Source of the DNA: Podarcis tiliguerta
Lineage: Eukaryota
Direction: 5' to 3' (one strand)
DNA: 64,000 bases
Assembly (NCBI GenBank): GCA_965153285.1
Contig: OZ229117.1
The position numbers and the translations under genes are program-made. Below are positions 1 through 11,180 of the stretch, one piece after another; within the stretch, counting starts at the first letter, position 1, and every line of letters starts with the position of its first letter. Under the pieces are notes generated by a model, which did not search any database, had not been told where the DNA came from, and worked only from the letters and a program-made list of their open reading frames with translations.

Positions 1-555
1 GAGCACCTACTGTAATTCTTGTTGTGCAACAGCCGGTGCTTGTTGTGTAACAGTCGGTCATTGTTGCACAACCGGTGGCACGATGAACTATATTCTTATG
101 TTTTCCCTTGTGCAGCGACATTTCATCACCACAACAAGTCTACCGCTAAGTGACTATAACAGTTCTACACTGGCTGCAGCCCCTATCAAACAATTTCTCA
201 TATAAAAACATGCCTGAAACAATTTCATATATAAAAACAATTTTATCTCTGGAGGGCCTGCCTAATGATATGATTGTCCCGGAAAGAATATAGGGTAGTT
301 ACATCACACAGCCACTTCTGGCAATGCGTCCTGTGTCAGCTCTCACTCACCAATGCTGTACATGTCCAGTGGTGGCTGGTGTCTATTGAGGCTAGTAGGG
401 TGAAAGGCAGAGAGCCCAACCAGAGGTGTTGGTGAGTAAGAAAAAGCAGGCAGATAGAGACTGGCTGAGAGCAGACTCAGGTTGGTATGACCCTGCTCCA
501 CTTGCCCCTATGGACAAGCCTCAAATGCATGTGCCACCCACCAACTATGCCACCA

Positions 556-945
556 GGCTACGGGTGGCGCTGTGGTCTAAACCACTGAGCCTCTTGGGCT
601 TGTCGATCAGAAGGTTGACGGTTTGAATCCCTGTGACGGAGTGAGCTCCTGTTGCTCTGTCCCAGCTCCTGCCAACCTAGCAGTTCGAAAGCATGCCAGT
701 GGAAATAAATAAATAGGTACTACCGCGGCGGGAAGGTAAACAGTATTTCTCTGCGCTCTGGTTTCCATCATGGTGTTCTGTTGCGCCGGAAGTGGTTTAT
801 TCATGCTGGCCACATGACCCGGAAAGCTGTCTGTGGACAAATGCTGGCTCCCTCGGCCTGAAAGCGAAATGAGTGCTGCAACCCCATAGTCACCTTTGAC
901 CGGACCTAACTGTCCAGGGGTACTGTACTTTTTTTTACCTTACCT
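556..945 (+). mobile_element. Sauria SINE, full length, older subfamily
   Basis: cgggtggcgctgtggtctaaacc head, ccaacctagcagttcgaaagc core, acctt tail. Confidence 0.85.
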
Positions 946-1224
946 ATGCATATGGCACGAATGAGAAGGAGACTTAAAAGTGCACTGAGTTACATCTGTA
1001 CAGCTTCTCCACACAGGGAAGAATCCTGTTTGGCCCAGGATCTTCTCCCATGTAGAGGAGGATTCTATGGTGGATAAGAGTATCAGTGGCCACTAACTCT
1101 GATGGATGTGGTTTGCCTCCATAGTCAGAGGCAATATACTTCTGAATACAAGTTGCTAGAAACTGCAGGAGAAGAAAGTGCTGTTGTGCTCAGATGCTGC
1201 TTTTGAGCAGGATGGTGGCTATAG

Positions 1225-4080
1225 TTAAAAGTGCATTTCTTCAGCTTTGGCCATGCATCAACTGCCTCCTTTCCAGTAGGAGGAGAATCTGTCCATGTTT
1301 ACTTATGCCTTGATCCCGTCCAAGCTAGGTCACGGCAATTCATTCTCTGTCAGGATGACTTTGAAAAGTTGTTCCAAACTTCATGTGGTCATTAGAAGAT
1401 TGGATTAGATTGCTGCAATGCACTTAGTGTGGGGCTTGCCTTGTACTTGGTTCAGAAATCACAGCTGGTGCAGAATGCTGCTGTGTGATTGCTGACAGGA
1501 GTCTTCTTCTTCTCTGGCGATCACTCGTAGCCGAGTAAGATTGTCTTCCATGAACACGGTTTTAACAATGAGTCCCTAAGTTAATGTGGAGACCAATTCT
1601 GGAACCACACGTCCTTCTACAGTGGGGGCATTGGTTTCCAGGTGGGAGTTGGTCACAGTGTGGATTTGCCAAGTGTGCCTTCCTCTTAGCACGCTTCTCC
1701 CTTGCGTCCTGAGTTGAAGTGTCTTCAAAGCCCATGGCACCTTTGGTAAAGGTTGTTCTCCAATTGGTGTGCTCGAAGACAAATGTTTCCAAATTATTGG
1801 TGTTTATACTACATTTTTTTAGATTTGCCTTGAGACAGTCTTTAAACCTCTTTTGTTGACCACCAGCATTACGCTTTCCATTTTTAAGTTCAGAATAGAG
1901 TAGTTGCTTTGGAAGACAATAATCAGGCATCTGCACAACATAAACAATCCAATGAAGTCGATGTTGAAGAATAATTGCTTCAGCACTGGTGATCTTTGAT
2001 AATTTTGGCACCCCTAAAGTCTGCTGAGATCTCTTCTCTCTCACGGATTTTTTCGATGACCTTGTGAAGTTGTTGTGTAAGTTCAATTCCACCCACTTTG
2101 AAGACTTTGGCAGGTATCCCATCAGGTCTGCTGGCTTTGTTGTTTTTCATTTGGTTAATAGCTGTACACAACTCTTCCAGATTTGTAGATACCACAAGCT
2201 CATCTCTAACTTGTTTTTGCAGAATTTGTGAGAGGACCTCAGCAGCTACGGGGGAGTTGTGGTTAAGGAATGTTGGTAATGTTCTTTCCAGGCAGTGCAA
2301 TAGCTTCTTTATCTTTTAGCAGTGTGGTACCATCTGCTGAGCATAGGGGTCATATGCCATGATTTATTGGCCTGTAGATGGTCTTCGTGGCTTTAAAGGC
2401 CGTGAGTGTCAGCTAAGTGCTGAATCTCTTAAGCTTTTTTATCCACTAGGTGTTTTTTAGTTCTCTGGTTCTTCTTTGAACCTCAGCCTTGGTTGGCATA
2501 GGTTTTTTTCTTAGTGGCACAGTTTCTATCTCTTTGCCAGATCTGAAAAGCCTTCCTTTTCTTGTCAATCATGCGTTCAATCTCACTGTCATTCTCATCA
2601 AACCGGTCCTGGTGTTTCTTGGTTTCGTATCCAATAGTTTGTTCACAGGCTGCAATAATGGATGTTTTTAGCTTGGTCCAGTGTTCATCAATGTTATCAG
2701 GAAATTCTGAAAGCAGATGGTCCTTAAGAGTCATTTGGAAGCAATCCCACTTAACGAGATCTTGAAGGGCTTGAGTGTTCATTTTGCTCCTTGGTTTCCT
2801 TCCTTGAAGCCTCCATTGAGGTATAATCTTGAAAGCCATCGTGGAGTGTATTGGTTGGTGATATGTCCCGTAGTCATCGGCACTTGTCATAGCTCTGGTA
2901 AGGAGCACATCATGGCGATCTTTAGCATGGACAATCACATAGTCTAAGAGATGCCAGTGGTTTGACCGAGGATGCCTCCATGAAGTTTTAAATTTATTTT
3001 TCTGTCAAAAGAGTGTGTTGGTAATAACAAGGTTGTGCGCTGCACATATTGTCAAAAGTAAGATTCCGTTCTGGTTGCTCTTGCCAATTCCTTCTTTCCC
3101 AATAGTCCCAGGCCACAGATCGAAATCTCACCCAATTCTTGCATTAAAATCACCCAGGAGGATAATTTTATCTTCCTTAGGCATCTCTGATAGGACGGTA
3201 TCCAGCTGAGAGTAAAATTTTTCTTTAATGTCTTCATTGGCATCCAATGTTGGTGCATAAGCACTTATAATAGTAGCCTGTTGGATTTTGGTGAGTTTTA
3301 TTCAAAAGGTTGAGGGTTGCTCATTAATGTTGGTAGGGACTTCTGACAGGAGCTTCACAAGATCATTTTTGATAGCGAAGCCTACCCCGTGTATTTGATG
3401 TTCTTATTCAGATAGAGCTTTCCAAAAGAATGTGTAGCCTCCTTTTTCTTCCTTCAGTTGTCCCTCACCTGCTCTTCAGTCTCTTGAAGCGCTGCAATAT
3501 CAATGTTAAAATGTTGCGGCTCTCTTGCTGTGATGGCAGTTCTGCATTCAGGATGCTTGTTATCTGTATTATCCGACAAAGTCCATGTTCCAAAGTTCAA
3601 TTGTCTTTTACGATCGCTAGGTGGTGACCCCACTGGGTGTGGTAATCCAGTCAAGGAAAAAGGGAGGCAGACTATGTTTAGGGCACCTTTTCTAGCCCCT
3701 CTCTCTTTTCAGGGTGAGCAGAGTGGATCCTAAAAAGGGCTGCTCAGTGAGTGAGGCTGACAGGAGTGATACCCTGTTAGCATATTAAACTGCCTCTCAG
3801 AGATTTGTGCTGGCTGCTTATTTGCTACCCAGGGCCAAAATCAAGATCTTACTGTTGGTATATAGTCTATGGATCACCTTCCCCCATATGTGCCCACTTG
3901 ATCACTCCAGTCTGTGGAACTGGCACTTTTACAAGTTCCACATAATGTTTGTTCTTCAGTTGCATGGAATCAATCCTCCATTGTGGCAAAACTTACTGTT
4001 TGGAATTCCTTGCCCATTGATTAGGCTTGTATGTTCACTGCCCTACTTTTGGTACCTGCTTAAAACTTTTTTGGGATAGG
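1225..4080 (+). mobile_element. Degenerate L2-type LINE 3' region, split by the RTE insertion (flanks 1225-1502 and 3756-4080)
   Basis: QLVQNAA..LLTG-like translation before 1502 continues after 3767 with residues resembling the L2 ORF2 C-terminus. Confidence 0.65.
1503..3755 (-). mobile_element. RTE-clade LINE, internally deleted and frameshifted, 12 bp TSD
   Basis: AP-endonuclease motifs (LNFGTW, IDIAALQET, HAKDRHDVLLTRAM), pre-RT KASRPDGIP, C-terminal LPKQLLYSELKNGKR and CPHCRRTCGSRIGLH; GAA tail; TSD gctgacaggagt at 1491-1502 and 3756-3767. Confidence 0.9.
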
Positions 4081-4555
4081 TAAGCCTACCCCGGCAAGCC
4101 ATTTTAACATGTGATTTTACTTTATTATGCACATTTGTGTTTAAACAACAACAACAACAAAACCACTGCAGGAACCTTTTTGGGGTTAAGAGCATGATTA
4201 ACCAACAAGGAAAGAAATGCTTAAAATAAATAAATAAAAGAAGCATCATGTTTTTTCGGCATTGCTAAATCCTCAGTGCAGTTTATATTCCAACACATAT
4301 TGCTCCTTAAAGATGCTTGCTATTTTTATGCAACATGGCCACTTGGTGGCGGAGTAGGAACACTTACGTTTTTCTGCTTGGTGTAGAATAAGCACTCAAA
4401 AACTTACATTTATTTTGTTCTTCAGTCATGCACTAGAGGACAGCAAAACCATGGAATGGGAGCACCATCAGTTCATACCTGTAGCAATACAAATAAGTAA
4501 CAACTGTAAGATTGAATGCATTGGGGAATGCAAGTGGCATGTTTTCAGCTGTAAA

Positions 4556-5446
4556 TGTAAGCAGAGTTTAAAATTAGTTAGCTCCTAGGAATTTGCTCCT
4601 AGAAATTGTCTTCAAAAACCTTCACTGTGGACCATCTTGGCTGTGAGTTCTTGCAAGCTTTTTGCCACCTGGCCTGGGAGGGTGGGGCCCTGACTGACTC
4701 CAGCTACAAAAGCTGAGGCTTCTGAACAGACTCTTGGGTTGGGGGAGTTGCTTAGGAGTTTGTATCTTTTGTTTAAATCTTTCTATCATTTATGTGGAAA
4801 TGTGGTTCAGTTTGGATTATGATGTTTTATTTATTGTTTCTGTCTATTTTTGTGCCCCTAAGCCCTTACTGGCCGAAGGAAAACCTATCCTTCTGTATCC
4901 AGGCCTTTTTGAATAAAAAGGGTTTTTGATCTAATGACCCCCCATCAGAATGAATGACTGTGTGATGCAACAAACCGCATGCGCCTGGGTGCAGTGGGAT
5001 CTGTGACTCTAATGTTTGGTATTAGAGTGAGACAAGCTATTATGGTCTGTTTTCGAACCCGGAAAAGTGTCTTTACACCGTTAGCCTTTCTTAAATATAC
5101 CTTATTTGTAAATGGTTCTTATTCTGTCATTCATAACCTATTTTTAAAAGTATTGTATTTATCCTTTGTGTGGCTTCTTGGAGTAAGCATTAGCTCTGAA
5201 TCTGGTACGTGGCTACTTGGTCATATGCTACTGACTAACTTGTGGGTTTAGTGCTCAAAAGACCGTGAGTGGACTGTTTCGTTCGTGTTTTTGAATTCCA
5301 AGGACAACCAGAAACAACCTAGGTTTCGCTTGGTCCAGGATTTGTGGGGCTACAGATTCTATCAGGAAGGGTTGGTTTTCCCTAGATTATTTTGGGGCTA
5401 AAGGTTCTTAGCTTCTTTACACGTTGGCAGCTATGGGATGTCAAAC
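4556..5446 (+). mobile_element. Putative LTR (4556-5421) followed by a tRNA-Leu-like primer-binding site
   Basis: TGTAA...TTACA termini, internal AATAAA at 4912, then tggcagctatgggatgtcaaacc resembling the complement of the tRNA-Leu 3' end. Confidence 0.5.
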
Positions 5447-5831
5447 CTGAACACAGTTGCTGTCTAGAAGGCAAACACCCCTCAGGTCACAGACACTATG
5501 ACACCATGCAATTACACATTTAATTTATTTCAAAAACTGCTTTAAATTTAGACTGCTTTAAATTTAGGATTTACTGCTTTAAATTTAGAAATCACTAGAA
5601 AATAACAATTAAAACACCCAGAAAATCATAATTAGGGATGTCAGAGAATTCAAACAAAAATAGAAATGGGAGCAGAAATTGCCAGTGGGCAAATTTGTTT
5701 CCTGCCTTTAAGCCAGAGGCTGGGGAGAGAACTTTCAGTTTTGAATGTCACAAAAATGTGGTCCAGTGCTTATGAAAACCACTGTTCTTGGCTTGAAAGT
5801 CTCCTGGAAGATCAAGAAAAATTAAGTTATT

Positions 5832-5962
5832 CTGTTGACAAAGTCTCCCATGATATTCTTGTGAAGAAGCTGGTAAAATTTGGGCTGGATGAGGTAACAG
5901 TTAGGTGGATTTGTAGCTGGTTGACCGACCGAACCCCAAGAAGGCTCACTAATGGTTCCTTG
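5832..5962 (+). mobile_element. CR1 LINE RT fragment
   Basis: DKVSHDILVKKLVKFGLDEVTVRWICSWLTDRT. Confidence 0.8.
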
Positions 5963-6197
5963 TAAAGACGGCCCTGTACTTGCAGCACTCCCAAGGCTCC
6001 ATGCCCAATGCAACCAGTCACACTTGCCTGAATCTGCCTCTCTTGCCTAAATCTGCAACTCCTGAATTGCAGTGGGTTGGACTAGAGAACCCTCAGGGGA
6101 CCCAAGGGGAATTTGTTTTCCCCAAAATAATCATAACATGCATTCTCAGTTTCCCTTCTCCCTTACTTCTTCATTACAGATGACTTCTAAGTTTTAA

Positions 6198-6302
6198 AAA
6201 GGTAAAGGACCCCTGGACAGTTAAGTCCAGTCAAAGGCAACTGTGGGGTGCAACACTCATCTCACTTCAGGCCAAGGGAGCTGGCGTTTGTCCACAGACA
6301 GC
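6198..6302 (-). mobile_element. 5'-truncated Sauria SINE
   Basis: aaaggtaaaggacccctggacagttaagtcc (reverse of tail); near-TSD ctaagttttaa/ctaagttgtaa. Confidence 0.75.
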
Positions 6303-7289
6303 TAAGTTGTAAGAGAAACCTCTCTTATGTAGACTCTGGTTCAAAAGCCAGTGGCAGAATCGTTCCAGAGCCCAACATTTTCATCAGTGGAGTTTTTCTG
6401 TCAGAATGAATTATTGAAGGATTGCTTGGTGATCAATGCTATCTGAAGAAGAACATTCTGATGAGGGGAAAAACTGGGGGCTAAATGAGGAATCAAAAGA
6501 CTGTGTCAAAGTTTATTCCCTTATCATTTTGGTGTACAAAGAAATGCAAAATTTATCAATGGTTAAAGCTTGTTTAAAGCACTGAGCAACAACTGAAATA
6601 GCTATTATCAGCTAGGTTTGTATGTATGTTATCATGAAAAGCATTAATTTCAGAGAAGGGAGTTTTTTTAAAAGATTTTTTTTGTAAGGAAAAAACTGGC
6701 CTGGTTCCAATCAACAATTGGTTCAGAAAATGTCATGACAAAAATCAAGAAGAGACATGTATAAAAGCCAGCCCCCAAGAATAACAAACTTCCTTAGCTG
6801 TTCTCTCACTTCAGCTCAGGGAAAGAGAACTTATGCCATATCAAAATCAGGGGAAGCTGTCTTAAGCAGACAGTTTTGGGAGGAAAGCACATTATATTAT
6901 CAGCCATAGACAGAGCATGAAATCTACTGTTCTGCAGAAAATCCCCCCCCCCTTCACTGTTCTCTCTCCTTTGATAATTTTCAAATGTATTTTATTTCCT
7001 TATTAAAGTAGAGACAACATTTTGGAGAAATTCTCATGGGGAATTTCTTTCTTATCTTACTTTTGTTGTGGCCAAAGGGTGTTTGTGAGTAGAGATGGAG
7101 GGAAACTACAATTCAATTCACGTCTAAAGGCAAATCTACCTAATTCACAAGTTATGAAACTGTATGCTAACCAAAACGTGGCCATTCCTCAAAATGTGCA
7201 CTGTTCCAAATTTAGGAATGCAGTAATGTGTTCAAAAATACATACATTGTGTTAAGTGTGCACAAAAAAAGCACATATTGCTATGGAAG

Positions 7290-7549
7290 GTAGGACTTGA
7301 ACCAAGGGTTTCAAGCTGCAAAAGAGAAGATTCTGACTAGACGTACGGGAAAACTTTCTGACAATAAGAGCTGCTCCACAGTGGAACAGTCTCCCTCAGG
7401 AGGTTGTGGACTCTTCTTCCTTGGAAGTTTTAAAGCAGAGGTTGGATGGCCATCTGTCATGGATGCTTTAGCTGAGATTCCTGCATTGCAAGGGGTTAGA
7501 CTAGAAGACCATTGGGTCCCTTCCACCTCTAAGATTCTATGATTCTATG
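7290..7549 (+). mobile_element. CR1 LINE 3' end
   Basis: Ends gggtcccttccacctctaag(attctatg)x2. Confidence 0.85.
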
Positions 7550-7706
7550 GTGAAAATAGCATTTTAAAAAGCACGATTATTAGGGGAAACTGCTTTACAA
7601 AAATGTTTTTAAAATGAAAATTGCATAGAAGCATGTGTACATTATGAGAAATTTGCACTAAAAGGCTGATGAATTTTTCATGGAGACTTTTTTTTAAAAA
7701 AAGATA

Positions 7707-7965
7707 CCATATTCTTCGCTCTATAAGACACACCAGACCACAAGACACACCTAATTTTTGGAGGAGGAAAACAAGTAAAAAAAAATTCTGAATCTCAGAA
7801 GCCAGAACAGCAAGAGGGATCGCTGTGCAGTGAAAGCAGCAATCCCTCTTGCTGTTCTGGCTTCTGGGATAGCTGCGCTGCCTGCATTCGCTCCATAAGA
7901 CGCACGCACATTTCCCCTTACTTTTTAGGAGGGAAAAAGTGAGTCTTATAGAGCAAAAAATATGG
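7707..7965. mobile_element. Tc1/mariner-pogo-type MITE with an internal 25 bp hairpin
   Basis: TA|CCATATTCTTCGCTCTATAAGAC ... GTCTTATAGAGCAAAAAATATGG|TA. Confidence 0.85.
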
Positions 7966-9504
7966 TAAGTCTAATTCTGGAAGGTTGCTTGCAGGAAACT
8001 ATATCTCTTTAATGCATATCACTGTTTTTTAAAAAGTTTATATGCAAAGCAAGCAACATAGGTTTCAATTAAAAACATGCAAGAAAACAGAGATTATCAA
8101 TTAATTCTAGCTTTCCCCTTTTAGCTGCCCTGAACTGAGTGAAATATTATTCCATCTCACAAAGCATTTTCAGCACTGACCAGCAGTGGCTCTCTAGGGT
8201 TTCAGATGGAGACATTCACATCCCTTCTTGTGACCTACCACTTGACCATATCCAAGCTTTTTTAAAAAAAAAATTGTGTTGGCTAGCTAGTATTGGGGGA
8301 GCCCGGCAGTCTGGTTAGTTTGCTGCCACCCCCTTTGTGGATGGCAGGAACTGAAGCCCTTTGAGCTTTTTCAATCCTGCAGTTCCAGGGTTCGGAGTTG
8401 GAGACAGAGCTCAGTGTGATGTTAATATCTCTCAAGAAGAAAAAGTGATCTACTTGAGGAAGTAGATTCCTTGGAAACTTTAAAAATAACTTGCCACATT
8501 GATAGATATGTAATTTTGGTGTGTGTTTGTGTGTGTTTTAAAAGTACTTTAGGAATGGAGAGAAGAAGCCAACTCCAACAAAGTGGTGAGAGGAACTCTT
8601 TGAGCACAACTATATTTAAGAAATCTGAGACTGGGCGTGGTTTTGTGTGTAGCAGTGGCACTTCCACTAAACACTGGTGGGTTTCAATAATGATACCAAT
8701 GATGCTTGGGCAAAAGCAACATGACAATTTGTTTTTAAAAATACCAGTCACTGTCCGCTCCACACGTGTGCAGTGTCAGCTGCTAAAAACACAACTTGCT
8801 GGTTCGTATCTTGAGATGGGATGCTCCTTGGAGGTGCAGTTGTGCTCTTAGAATGATTGTTTTGAATGCTAAATGCACAAATAATCATGGAGAGGGCAGT
8901 CTGGGGAATCCTGCATATTAGGGTTAATTCACGTGATGTGATTCCATGCATGATCACATCAAGGGTCTTTATCCAGTGTTTGCACATTGATAAGATACCA
9001 TACACAAGCATGTTCAGAATTGGAGGCAGTATGTCTCTGCATACCAGCTGCTGGGAACCCCAAGCGGGGAGAAATTTGTTGCACTCAGATCTTGCTTATT
9101 GGCTTTCTATAGGTTGGTTGACCACTGTGAGAACAGGATGCTCAGCTAGATGGGGTTTTTTGTGATTACGTTCTTAAGAGCCAAACTTAATTTTATTGCC
9201 CTAGCAGATCTTCATATCCATGTCAGGACCACTCAATCCACAACAACTCCACAACAGCTTTGTGGAGGCTATGATGCCCATAGGATTGTCCCAACATATC
9301 ATTGGCCCAACTCATATAGCAGAGCACACTCTAGAATTGGTCTTCTCTATCTAGACATGATAGTTTTCTGAAAGCACAGGATTTTACAACCTGTCCTTTG
9401 CCATGGTCAGGTCACTTCTTGTTGAGCTTTGGAGTCATAGTGATCAATACCTTCTGCTAGGGTAGAAGAGCACTTAGGATCATCTGGCCCTAGAGGTTAC
9501 TGAA

Positions 9505-9690
9505 TGGCCTAGTGGGAAAGCATCTGCCTTAAATGCACAAGATCCTTGGTTCAATCCCTAGCATTTCCAGGTAAGGCTGCACGTTTCCTATGTCAGACTT
9601 TGAACAGTCACTGCTAGTCAGTGTACATAAAGCTGAACTAGATAGACCAATGTTCTGATTCAATATAAGACAGCTTCCTGCGTTCCTTAA
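9505..9690 (+). mobile_element. tRNA-Ala-derived SINE with CR1-like tail (related copies ~19400, 33880, 34100, 43900, 52310, 53965, 59935)
   Basis: agcatctgccttaaatgcacaag..ggttcaatccctagcatttccagg..gcttcctgcgttcct. Confidence 0.65.
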
Positions 9691-10589
9691 ATTCCCCTTA
9701 AAGATGATGAGAGTTGGCAGTGTGATCATGCCTGAACAAAACTGATAAGAATTTAGTAACTGATGCTAAATTTATAGGGTGGTTTATGAATTCTCTGAAT
9801 CCAGGGAATGTATCTCCTCCTCACAACTTATGACCAGCAGGCACCTTCCAGCCCATGATGCTATTTCCTAGAGTCCTCTGACCCATTTATAATCAGATTC
9901 CTTTCCCCAAATATTACTCTGCTTCCCAGCTGGCAGTGATATTCATGAAATATTCCTATTGACTTATCAGTGTGAACCCCTGAAGCATTACATTTTGGAT
10001 GACCAACCTCACAAGAGGTGGCAAGTAATCACAGCACACAGCCACAGATAATGGAACAAACTGTCCAATAACCCAGCAGTCTTGCTTTAGAGGCCACTTG
10101 CCAGCCAGATAATTTTACCATGCAGTACAAGCATCATTCTATGTTCCTTTCATGGAGAGTCATCAGTTCACCAGATGTGCCCTTTTCATCGTCTTCTAGC
10201 CAAACCACTCACCTCCTTTGTGGGGCTTCATTTCATTTCATTGTGGTTGTCTCATTTCTTTTATGGGATGTGGTTCTCCCTGACTAGGACTTGTTTTTCT
10301 TTGGGCTTATGAGGAACTCCACAGTTTCCATGTAAGAAACGTAATATACATTTCCCTCCTTGAAACATCCTTCTAATGAAAATGTTAGCCTTCAAAAGGA
10401 CATGTTGTAAGCAAGAAGCAGTATGCATGCAGAGGAAAAAATTGATGGAAATTCTCTAATATGATGAGAATTCACTCATGTCAAGGGATGGAGTACCTGG
10501 TCTGTGACTCCTATGTCCACCCCTACCCCCCTTTTTTATTTTAAAAAAAAATGCATCTCAAAATCCTACAGGCTCGTAGATCAGCTGCC

Positions 10590-11180
10590 ACACTACTAGT
10601 CACCTCACCTGAAGAAGGATATTGTAGAGCTGGAAAAGGTCCAGCAAAGGGCAACAAAATGATTAACTGCATAGAGCAACACCTTTATGAAGAATTCCTT
10701 TATATAGAAAAGGTAAGGAGGGGACACGATAGAGGTGTACAAAATTATTCATGGTGTGGATTGATAAGGTATTTTTCCGTCTCTCAAACAAAATACTAGA
10801 ACTCAGGAACAGCCGATGAAGCTGTATGCTGGAAGATTCAGGACACATTTCATTAAAAAGTACTTCTTCATGCAGCGCGTAGTTGTGGATCCCCCCCTGC
10901 CCCGGAAGTTAAAGTGGCCACCAATTTGGCTAGCTTTAAAAGAAGATGAGACAAATTCATGGAGGGTATTAGAGGTTTCTAGTCATTATAGCTATGTTTG
11001 ACCTTTGCTGACAGAGGCAGTATCCCTCTGAATCCCAGTTGTTAGGGACTGTAGATGGGGAGAGTGCTGTTGCGCTCAGGTTCTGCTTGTGAACTTCCCA
11101 TAAGCATCTGGCTGACCACTGTGAGAACAGAGTGGGTCTTTGGCCTCATCCAGCAGGGCTCTTCTTACTATCTTATTACA
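10590..11180 (+). mobile_element. CR1 LINE 3' fragment (ORF2 end plus 3'UTR)
   Basis: gagctggaaaaggtccagcaaagggcaacaaaatgatt (ELEKVQxRATKMI) and CR1-type 3'UTR. Confidence 0.75.

Noticed and set aside
1562-3654. ORFs as a host protein-coding gene
   Set aside because: Frameshifted pieces of one RTE LINE ORF.
5536-5588. CRISPR-like repeat array
   Set aside because: Eukaryotic DNA, no regular spacers, no cas genes.
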